A stretch of DNA of 64,000 nt from Candidatus Microgenomates bacterium (lineage in GTDB: Bacteria; Patescibacteriota; Microgenomatia; UBA12405; UBA6130), in the NCBI GenBank assembly GCA_015485895.1, contig WFSR01000012.1, forward strand, positions 3,201 through 67,200. The letters run 5' to 3'. The position numbers were made by a program, and so were the translations under genes. Of the stretch, positions 56,488 through 64,000 are shown one piece after another; within the stretch, counting starts at the first letter, position 1, and every line of letters starts with the position of its first letter. The notes beneath the pieces are model-generated. The model was not told the origin of the DNA, made no database searches, and saw nothing but the letters and a program-made list of their open reading frames with translations.

Positions 56488-56701
56488 CTGTGATTCTTTG
56501 CCACATTGGTAATACCCAAAATTGCTAAAAGCTGTTATGGAACTGGAAACCAAGATAGATCATAGATTATGGAGAATAATTGCCGTCTATCTAGATTCTA
56601 AATTCTAATGAATGCTTTAAATTTCAGAATTTGGTTACAACATATGTTGAGAAGCGTTGAAAACGACTTGTCAACTAAAAAGCTTTTTGCTAAGCTAAGG
56701 T

Positions 56702-57100
56702 ATGAGAAAGTTACTTAAGTACTGGTTCATTAGCGCCTTAAGTTTATTAGCAGTTGCTCAGATAAGTAATGTTTTTCATTTTTCCAACGGGTATTTCACT
56801 TTGGTAGAAGTAGCTTTTTTCCTTACTGTTTTTGAATATTTCCTTAAGCCGTTGGTAAAACTACTCTTGCTTCCAATAAATGTTATTACCCTAGGTGGTT
56901 TACGATGGCTGATAGATGTTCTTGCTCTTTTTTTGGCAGGAGCTATTATTCCATCTTTTCAAATAAAAACCTTTCTTTTCCCTGGTATTCAAAGCAATGG
57001 TCTTATCATCCCCAACTATTCCTTCCATGGATTTTGGTCCTATGTCGTAGCTGCCTTCAGCCTTAATTTATTGATTGGGCTTTTCCGTTGGCTTTTTTAA
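56702..57100 (+). CDS. small 4-TM membrane protein (DUF360 / phage-holin-4-like pattern)
   Basis: 132 aa with 4 predicted TM helices. LKPLVKLLLLPINVITLGGLRWLIDVLALFLAGAIIPSF resembles the conserved LRPLL..LTLP..LLTLGLF core of that family as I recall it. Confidence 0.3.
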   Translation: MRKLLKYWFISALSLLAVAQISNVFHFSNGYFTLVEVAFFLTVFEYFLKPLVKLLLLPINVITLGGLRWLIDVLALFLAGAIIPSFQIKTFLFPGIQSNGLIIPNYSFHGFWSYVVAAFSLNLLIGLFRWLF

Positions 57101-57116
57101 TATTCAGGATTCGTAA

Positions 57117-57329
57117 ATGACGACTCTCTTGCAAGTGTTACAAATCGTTCTGGGTAGTTTAGCTATCATTCTTATTCTGCTTAGGCCACCAGTTGCTGAT
57201 GAAAATTCTCCAAATTGGTTTCGGCCTACCCTTACCCTCCGTGGTTGGGAAAAAATATCTTTTCTTTTCACTATTTTTATTCTTTTAACTTTTACTCTCG
57301 TCTCTGGATTACGTTTAATATGGGGATAA
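57117..57329 (+). CDS. SecG-like small two-TM protein
   Basis: 70 aa; MTTLLQVLQIVLGSLAIILILLRP...TIFILLTFTLVSGL has two TM helices with a polar loop, matching SecG topology. Sequence match is weak. Confidence 0.3.
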   Translation: MTTLLQVLQIVLGSLAIILILLRPPVADENSPNWFRPTLTLRGWEKISFLFTIFILLTFTLVSGLRLIWG

Positions 57330-58652
57330 ATGAGAAAGCTTCGCTACTTTTTTCAGGTTAATTACAAATTTCTCTTCTTAGGTTTTATCTTGGCTATAGG
57401 GAGTTTCTTCTTCTGGCAAAAAGGAGGGCAATTATTTTTGTTCCGCTATCATAAAAATGTATCTCGAATAGGACTCGTTGGCAATTATACCCTGGATACT
57501 TTGCCGGATCGTATCCGCAAGCTCATTTCTTTCGGTTTAGTTACTTTAGATAAGAATGGCAATCCCCATCCCGGCGCAGCAGAAAAGTGGCAAGTAGACA
57601 CAAAAGGCACTCGTTACACTTTCTCACTCCGCAAAAATTTATATTGGCATGATGGCAAACATTTTATAGCTTCGGATGTTCACTATATTTTGAAACCGGC
57701 AAAAATGCAAATCATAAATCAATATCAGTTACAGCTTACCATCCCTGAACCATTTGCTCCACTTTTAGCGGCGGTGTCACGCCCCCTCTGGCGGAAAAGA
57801 ATTATCGGCTTGGGTGCTTATCAGATAAAGAAATTACACTTCCGTCGTGGCGATATTATAAGCACTTTGATGCTAAAGAATAAGAAAGGTAAAATCATTA
57901 TTTTCCACTTTTATCCTACCCAAGATGATTTGCAAGATGCATTTTTGCTGGGCGAGATACATGAAGCATGGGGATTGAGAAATATTGACTTTATTAAAAA
58001 TTATCGCCATCTCGTCATCACGCCCGAAAGAAGCCTGGTCAGGGAATACGCAGCAATATTTTTTAATTTAACAAAACCTCCTTTAGACAACAAGAAAGTC
58101 CGCCAGGCGTTGGCATACACCGTCCCAAAACCATTAGGGGAAAAACGTGCCCTAACGCCCATATCACCGTTTTCGTGGGCTTATGACCACAATGTGAAAA
58201 CTTACAACTATAATTTGAGCCACGCTCGAACCATCCTAAAGAAGGCAAAAGTAGGAAAATTTACTATTAATCTCTGGACCTTGGCTGATCTTTTGGGCAC
58301 CGCCGAAGATATAAAACAACATTGGCGTCAACTGGGAATAAATGTCGAGATCCAGGTAGTAGAGGGGGTAACACCGCAGGATGATTTCGACGCTTTTTTG
58401 GGTTACGGATTTATCCCTGCTGATCCGGACCAGTATTATTTTTGGCATTCTGATCAACCGGGTAATATCACCCACTACCATAGTGTTCGCATCGACACTC
58501 TTCTCGAGGATGGTCGTCGCACTTTAGTAAAAGCGGAGAGAAAAAAAATATACGCCGACTTTCAGCGCTTTCTAGTTGAGGATAGCCCAGCAGTTTTCCT
58601 TTTTTACCCCGAAGCTTACAATATTAAGCGAGAACCTATTTTTCACCTCTAA
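57330..58652 (+). CDS. ABC-transporter substrate-binding protein, family 5 (peptide/nickel type)
   Basis: N-terminal TM/signal anchor, then a region with the typical SBP_bac_5 layout (VGNYTLDTLPD..., YTFSLRKNLYWHDG, INVEIQVVE). 440 aa is somewhat short for the family. Confidence 0.5.
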   Translation: MRKLRYFFQVNYKFLFLGFILAIGSFFFWQKGGQLFLFRYHKNVSRIGLVGNYTLDTLPDRIRKLISFGLVTLDKNGNPHPGAAEKWQVDTKGTRYTFSLRKNLYWHDGKHFIASDVHYILKPAKMQIINQYQLQLTIPEPFAPLLAAVSRPLWRKRIIGLGAYQIKKLHFRRGDIISTLMLKNKKGKIIIFHFYPTQDDLQDAFLLGEIHEAWGLRNIDFIKNYRHLVITPERSLVREYAAIFFNLTKPPLDNKKVRQALAYTVPKPLGEKRALTPISPFSWAYDHNVKTYNYNLSHARTILKKAKVGKFTINLWTLADLLGTAEDIKQHWRQLGINVEIQVVEGVTPQDDFDAFLGYGFIPADPDQYYFWHSDQPGNITHYHSVRIDTLLEDGRRTLVKAERKKIYADFQRFLVEDSPAVFLFYPEAYNIKREPIFHL

Positions 58653-58660
58653 AACTACGG

Positions 58661-58734
58661 TGTCCCCGGGGGGATTCGGACCCTCGACCTTCCCGTTAGA
58701 AGCGGGACGCTCTTTCCGACTGAGCTACGGGGAC
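58661..58734 (-). tRNA. tRNA-Arg (anticodon TCT)
   Basis: Reverse complement gtccccg ta gctcagtcggaaagagc g tcccg cTTCTAAc ggga aggtc gagggtccgaatccccc cggggac a. Anticodon loop cuUCUaa. Confidence 0.8.
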
Positions 58735-58739
58735 TTGGG

Positions 58740-58813
58740 GGTGGCTGGAGGGAATCGAACCCTCAACCCTCCGCTCCACAGGCGGATGCTCTGCCAATTG
58801 AGCTACAGCCACC
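58740..58813 (-). tRNA. tRNA-His (anticodon GTG)
   Basis: Reverse complement g gtggctg ta gctcaattggcagagc a tccgc cTGTGGAg cgga gg gttgagggttcgattccctc cagccac c. It has the extra 5' G(-1) and C73 characteristic of tRNA-His. Confidence 0.8.
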
Positions 58814-58817
58814 ATGG

Positions 58818-58890
58818 TCGGGGGTAGCAGACTCGAACTGCCAACCTCACGGTCCCAAACCGTGCGCGCTGCCAATTGCGCCAACCCCCG
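58818..58890 (-). tRNA. tRNA-Pro (anticodon TGG)
   Basis: Reverse complement cgggggt t ggcgcaattggcagcgc g cacgg tTTGGGAc cgtg aggtt ggcagttcgagtctgct acccccg a. Anticodon loop uuUGGga. Confidence 0.8.
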
Positions 58891-58891
58891 G

Positions 58892-58975
58892 TGCCGCGGG
58901 AGGGAATCGAACCCTCACGTCCCGAAGGACACGAGATTTTAAGTCTCGCCTGTCTACCAATTCCAGCACCGCGGC
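58892..58975 (-). tRNA. tRNA-Leu (anticodon TAA), type II with long variable arm
   Basis: Reverse complement gccgcgg tgctggaattggtagacag gcgaga cTTAAAAt ctcgt gtccttcgggac gtgagggttcgattccctc ccgcggc a. Anticodon loop cuUAAaa. Confidence 0.8.
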
Positions 58976-59020
58976 CTCTGCAGTGAATTTTAGCAAAATA
59001 TACTCCCAAAGTCACTAAAA

Positions 59021-59407
59021 TTAGGATTGTTTTTGGAGGTCAGTGAGAAGCTTGAGAATCTGCTGCTGCTGGCGATCTATTTTGACACCAATATCTAAAA
59101 TTTTGTCGACAATTTCCTGGGAGCGTTTTTGAGCTGCTGCTTCCCGTCGGTCTCTCTCTATCTCGGCTTGGTTAGAGGCCATTAAAAGAAAAATACCCAA
59201 AAAAATGGCTTCTAAAGAAACCGCCAAAGTCAGGAGATTGATACTAAAATGGTAAGTTAACCAAACTCCAAACCACAAAGCATGAAGAATGACCCCCCAC
59301 CAACTACCTGCCAACCAAGCAATAATCCGTACGGCCATCCTAGGTATCTTTTGGTGGAATCGTTCTCGACGGTGACCATCTAAACTGATTTTTCTTTCTT
59401 TTTCCAT
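59021..59407 (-). CDS. DUF1003-like membrane protein
   Basis: 128 aa. Two TM helices (WLAGSWWGVILHALWFGVWL, LTLAVSLEAIFLGIFLLM) followed by a coiled-coil/acidic tail, the layout I associate with DUF1003. Confidence 0.4.
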   Translation of the reverse strand: MEKERKISLDGHRRERFHQKIPRMAVRIIAWLAGSWWGVILHALWFGVWLTYHFSINLLTLAVSLEAIFLGIFLLMASNQAEIERDRREAAAQKRSQEIVDKILDIGVKIDRQQQQILKLLTDLQKQS

Positions 59408-59411
59408 AGGA

Positions 59412-60872
59412 TCACTTTAACAAAACTTCTTTGGTCTTGCAAGAAAAGTGTTTCAAATACCGGCGCAGATCGCTGATTAGATAGGCCATTTTATTTAACC
59501 CTGGTGAGCAAAGGTAAGCCATAAGATAACGTTTGGGAAAAATAAAAAAATGATGGTCAACGCCAGATTGTACTCCCTTCCAGCGAAAAAGGTGTTGGGA
59601 AGTCTGCCTAGGGGCAGAAAAAGAGAAGGTAAACCAGGCCTTTCCCCCCGGTTCTAGAGGAGATGAGAGAACAGCACAAAGTTGATTACCCAAGCCATTG
59701 TCAGATTTAAAACAATATCGATTCTCTTTTCCACCCCAAATATTTTGTCCTTCATTCTCCAAGAGTAATTTGCCCCTGCTCTCTTCACCCGGGGCCAAGA
59801 AAAACGGAATTCTCTCAGAGATAATTTTAGCCCTTATTAACTGAAAGGGGCTGTTAATACTCTTAGGCCACTTTAAAAACACTTTAGCATATCGGTAAAG
59901 ATCGCCGTTATCTTTTTGCCAGCTGAAGTGATCTAAGGGGGATAAAGAATAATGAAGAAGGAAAGGTGAAAACATAACTATTCGGGTATCAGCCAACCAA
60001 CCGCGGACCGCCTTGGTTAAATATTGAGTAATAAGATAATTGGGTAAGAATGTTGAATTATACTTTTGCCCTTGGCGGTGGGGCCAACCAGTTTCGGTAA
60101 TAAAAACAGGTAATTGCTTTTTCACCCCTAAAGAACGAAGATAATTAAGTTCCCAAATGTAACCATGGATACTGGTCTTGCCCCAATCATTAGGAGAACC
60201 ACGAAAGCCATGATTGGGATAGGAGTGGGATGCCAGACCATCTAGAGCTTCAAAAACATCAGGATCAGCAATTAGAATCTGGCGGTAGAAAATTTCTGCT
60301 GAATAATAGGCGGGGGGCTTATTAGGGGCCGCTAAATCTAAACCGCCGCTGATAAGAAAGAATTTTTTAGCTTGAGCATGAAAAATTTGAATTGTTTGCT
60401 GGAGAATTGATGCATATTCTTGAGGACTTGCCTGTCCGCCCCATTCATCCCCGCGATTTGGTTCGTTAAAAATAATAATAAAGCGCTCACCTGTAGGCCA
60501 AAGAAGATTGTTTAAAAACTTTGCCTGACTGGTAATATCGCTAGGATTAGGCTTTGCCCAGACTCGCCCTTGGGCATGGGTAGCAAGGCGGATTAAAGGT
60601 AATAAATGATAACGCCGGCAAAGATTAAAAATATTTTGCCATTTTTGAGTATTTAAATCATTATCACGGAGAACTAAGACTACCCATCCCCAATCACCAC
60701 CGTGAGTATTAAGGAGTTTGCTAGCACTTATGATATCGTTGGGATTATCTAAAAGGTGAATACCAAATTTATTTTTAGCCCACGAGAGATCAGAAGTCGC
60801 CCGAACCCGGTTGGCGAAAAAATTCCCTGCTATAATAAACAACAATGAGAAAAGGACTACTTTTTTAAGCAT
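59412..60872 (-). CDS. secreted TIM-barrel glycoside hydrolase (GH5-like)
   Basis: Signal peptide MLKKVVLFSLLFIIAGNFFA. IIFNEPNRGDEWG contains the clan GH-A acid/base NEP motif. A later ITETGW resembles the nucleophile TE(T/L)G motif. Confidence 0.55.
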   Translation of the reverse strand: MLKKVVLFSLLFIIAGNFFANRVRATSDLSWAKNKFGIHLLDNPNDIISASKLLNTHGGDWGWVVLVLRDNDLNTQKWQNIFNLCRRYHLLPLIRLATHAQGRVWAKPNPSDITSQAKFLNNLLWPTGERFIIIFNEPNRGDEWGGQASPQEYASILQQTIQIFHAQAKKFFLISGGLDLAAPNKPPAYYSAEIFYRQILIADPDVFEALDGLASHSYPNHGFRGSPNDWGKTSIHGYIWELNYLRSLGVKKQLPVFITETGWPHRQGQKYNSTFLPNYLITQYLTKAVRGWLADTRIVMFSPFLLHYSLSPLDHFSWQKDNGDLYRYAKVFLKWPKSINSPFQLIRAKIISERIPFFLAPGEESRGKLLLENEGQNIWGGKENRYCFKSDNGLGNQLCAVLSSPLEPGGKAWFTFSFSAPRQTSQHLFRWKGVQSGVDHHFFIFPKRYLMAYLCSPGLNKMAYLISDLRRYLKHFSCKTKEVLLK

Positions 60873-60886
60873 CGGGAAATTATAGC

Positions 60887-61990
60887 ATGTTAGGTATAAA
60901 GTCGGCTAATCGAGAACACATCGTCCAGAGAATAAATCAAATAGAAAAGGAGATTCGTGAAACCCCGTATCATAAGGGGACAGAGCACCACATTGGTCTT
61001 CTTAGAGCTCGATTGGCCATTCTTCGCCAGAAATTAGAAGATCAAGCAACAAAAAAGCCTGGTCACGGAGTTAAGTCTACTTTTCTAGTCCGCAAGCAGG
61101 GCGATGGCAGCTGCCTTCTGCTTGGTCCTCCATCGGTAGGAAAATCTACTTTACTTAACCATCTTACTAATACACAAAGCCAGATTGGCAATTATGCTTT
61201 TACCACCAAGAGAGTTATCCCCGGCATGCTTTTCTATCGGAATGCTAAAATCCAGCTTTTGGATGCTCCTGGCCTTCTTCCCGATGGTCCACTTCATTAT
61301 GGACAAGGGCGGCAAATTCTAACCGCTATTCGGGGCAGCGATCTTCTAATTTTAGTCTTCGATCCTCAAACATACTCGCGCTTGGCCGATATTCTTCGTA
61401 AACTTACCGCAGTTGGGGTACGCCTAAACGAAGAAAAACCACCTCTTAAAATTTTTTCTCACCGAGGAAATGAAATAATTATTGAGGGTAATCTGCAACC
61501 ACAGAAGGCAAGAATGCTAACTCAAATAAGTAAAGAGCTAGGCTTACGAGGGAAGAGAATCGTAATTTCTAAGCCGCTGACAGTAAATCAATATCTAGAC
61601 GCCCTTTTATCCAACAGAGTGTTCCTTCCTGCCATTTTGGTTATTAATAAGCAAGATTTGTTAACAGTTAAACAAAAGGAAAAGATTAGGCGTTTTGTTT
61701 GGCAATTTAATTTGGACCCTGTTTTCGTCAGCGCCCAGCAAAACAAAGGGTTAAAATGCTTAAAAAAGGTTATTTGGCGAAAATTGAAATTAATAAAAAT
61801 AACCGTCATCTCTAAACATACCGGACGGAAAAAAATTATTATTGGCCGGCAAGGCGAAGCAGTAAAAATTTTATTGCCGTTTTCTAATTTGCCCCAATTT
61901 AAAAAGCTTTACTTGATAAAAAATGGCCAGCGCCAAGAGATAAGTTGGGAGTATTGTCCCCGCGGAGGAGAGGTTTTTCTCTTGGTTTAA
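60887..61990 (+). CDS. DRG/Rbg-family (Obg-like superfamily) GTPase with C-terminal TGS-like domain
   Basis: The N-terminal helical region IGLLRARLAILRQKLE matches the DRG HLG.LKA.LAKLR stretch. G1 is GPPSVGKSTLLN, G2 is AFTT, G3 is DAPGL. C-terminal segment YLIKNGQRQEISWEY resembles a TGS beta-grasp domain. Confidence 0.6.
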   Translation: MLGIKSANREHIVQRINQIEKEIRETPYHKGTEHHIGLLRARLAILRQKLEDQATKKPGHGVKSTFLVRKQGDGSCLLLGPPSVGKSTLLNHLTNTQSQIGNYAFTTKRVIPGMLFYRNAKIQLLDAPGLLPDGPLHYGQGRQILTAIRGSDLLILVFDPQTYSRLADILRKLTAVGVRLNEEKPPLKIFSHRGNEIIIEGNLQPQKARMLTQISKELGLRGKRIVISKPLTVNQYLDALLSNRVFLPAILVINKQDLLTVKQKEKIRRFVWQFNLDPVFVSAQQNKGLKCLKKVIWRKLKLIKITVISKHTGRKKIIIGRQGEAVKILLPFSNLPQFKKLYLIKNGQRQEISWEYCPRGGEVFLLV

Positions 61991-61994
61991 TATT

Positions 61995-63289
<1,295 letters not shown>

Positions 63290-63291
63290 TG

Positions 63292-63365
63292 GCCAGGGTA
63301 GCCAAGGTGGTCACGGCACGGGTCTGAAAAACCTGGGATCTCGGTTCGACTCCGAGCCCTGGCAC
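63292..63365 (+). tRNA. tRNA-Phe (anticodon GAA)
   Basis: gccaggg ta gccaaggtggtcacggc a cgggt cTGAAAAa cctg ggatc tcggttcgactccga gccctggc a. Anticodon loop cuGAAaa. Confidence 0.7.
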
Positions 63366-63369
63366 CGAA

Positions 63370-63440
63370 GCGGGATTAGTTGAGTGGCTCAACACCACCC
63401 TTCCAAGGTGGAAACACGGGTTCAAATCCCGTATCCCGCT
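63370..63440 (+). tRNA. tRNA-Gly (anticodon TCC)
   Basis: gcgggat ta gttgagtggctcaac a ccacc cTTCCAAg gtgg aaac acgggttcaaatcccgt atcccgc t. Anticodon loop cuUCCaa. Confidence 0.8.
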
Positions 63441-63446
63441 CCTAAT

Positions 63447-63519
63447 GCGACGGTAGTTCAGCTGGTAGAACGTCTCGTTGCCAACGAGAAGGTCGGGGGT
63501 TCGAGTCCCCTCCGTCGCT
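63447..63519 (+). tRNA. tRNA-Gly (anticodon GCC)
   Basis: gcgacgg ta gttcagctggtagaac g tctcg tTGCCAAc gaga aggtc gggggttcgagtcccct ccgtcgc t. Anticodon loop uuGCCaa. Confidence 0.8.
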
Positions 63520-63523
63520 CCGA

Positions 63524-63594
63524 TCGGGGATCGTCTAACGGTAGGACAGTGGCCTTTGGAGCCACGAATCGTGGTTCGAATCCACGTCCCCGAA
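63524..63594 (+). tRNA. tRNA-Gln (anticodon TTG)
   Basis: tcgggga tc gtctaacggtaggac a gtggc cTTTGGAg ccac gaat cgtggttcgaatccacg tccccga a. Anticodon loop cuUUGga. Confidence 0.75.
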
Positions 63595-63602
63595 CCCAAT
63601 TG

Positions 63603-63675
63603 GCGCTCGTAGCTCAATTGGCAGAGCACCCGCCTCTTAAGCGGATGGTTGGGGGTTCGATTCCCTCCGGGCGCA
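63603..63675 (+). tRNA. tRNA-Lys (anticodon CTT)
   Basis: gcgctcg ta gctcaattggcagagc a cccgc cTCTTAAg cgga tggtt gggggttcgattccctc cgggcgc a. Anticodon loop cuCUUaa. Confidence 0.8.
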
Positions 63676-63937
63676 CAAAAATATCTAAGGGGAATTATGA
63701 AATTTATTGGCTAGCAGTATTTATCGCATCTATCGTGGTTTTTGTACATCTTCGATCACAATATATGTGGTAACACTTATAATAGAAATCGGTAACATCC
63801 GCAAGAAGTTATATATTTTTAGAACAATATCGTGTTATTATGCTTATCTCTTGGCTATTATGTTACTAATAATTCAACTTAAAAGTTACCTCTAATGGTG
63901 GTGAGATGCCTTGTTATTCGTTCTTGTTGTTTGTTTG

Positions 63938-64000
63938 TGCCGGGGGGGGGAGTCGAACCCCCATGCCTTTTGGGCACAGCCTCCTCAAGACTGCGTGTCT
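63938..64000 (-). tRNA. partial tRNA (3' portion only; truncated by window end), possibly type II (Ser-like)
   Basis: The plus strand gccgggggggg agtcgaaccccc is the reverse complement of a T-arm/acceptor 3' end (gggggttcgact cccccccggc). A long variable-arm-like segment follows. The anticodon is not confidently readable. Confidence 0.4.

Noticed and set aside
58576-59015. Three tracked ORFs (58576-58827 +, 58696-58884 -, 58803-59015 -)
   Set aside because: All lie within the four-tRNA cluster (Arg-His-Pro-Leu); translations are Gly/Arg/Pro-rich tRNA-derived noise.

Overview
This 64 kb segment looks like chromosomal DNA from a small-genome bacterium. The backbone is roughly 45-55% GC, genes are tightly packed and often overlap, and several use TTG starts. 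It is probably a Patescibacteria/CPR-like lineage, but that is an inference from gene content (DRG-type GTPase, DUF763, PolX, reduced and rearranged dcw cluster), not something demonstrated.

Recognisable housekeeping content:
- gatC-gatA-(MFS transporter)-gatB-dnaE, then rplS and yraN.
- A long division/cell-wall (dcw) cluster: mraZ-rsmH-ftsL-ftsI-murE-X-murC-murA-murF-(small ferritin-like)-mraY-(three unusual genes)-ftsW-murG-ftsQ-like-ftsA-ftsZ-rodA-like, followed by rplU-rpmA-parB.
- lepB, murB, glycosyltransferases, PolX, ppsA, lexA, rsmI and tgt.
- About 17 tRNA genes in five clusters.

Things that stand out:
1. A sharply low-GC (~33%) island at 1-5.96 kb encodes a coherent nucleotide-modification toolkit: an NDK-like protein, a Ham1 NTP pyrophosphatase, a short thymidylate-synthase/dCMP-hydroxymethylase-fold enzyme, an HD hydrolase, a methyltransferase-like protein, a thymidylate-kinase-like dNMP kinase and a GT-B glycosyltransferase. 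This resembles phage-type DNA base hypermodification cassettes.
2. At the position where murD normally sits in the dcw cluster there is a LysW-like zinc-ribbon carrier protein, a fold-type-II PLP enzyme and a 435-aa ATP-grasp ligase. A Bpt/ATE-like (tRNA-dependent transferase fold) gene sits between murE and murC. Together these suggest a non-canonical peptidoglycan stem-peptide chemistry.
3. Three copies of a composite intergenic repeat. Each has a ~240 bp long imperfect palindrome and two carry a ~160-200 bp 5' module with hairpins whose sequences differ between copies in a compensatory way. One copy and tRNA-Glu bound a second low-GC island (16.1-19.65 kb) of envelope genes.
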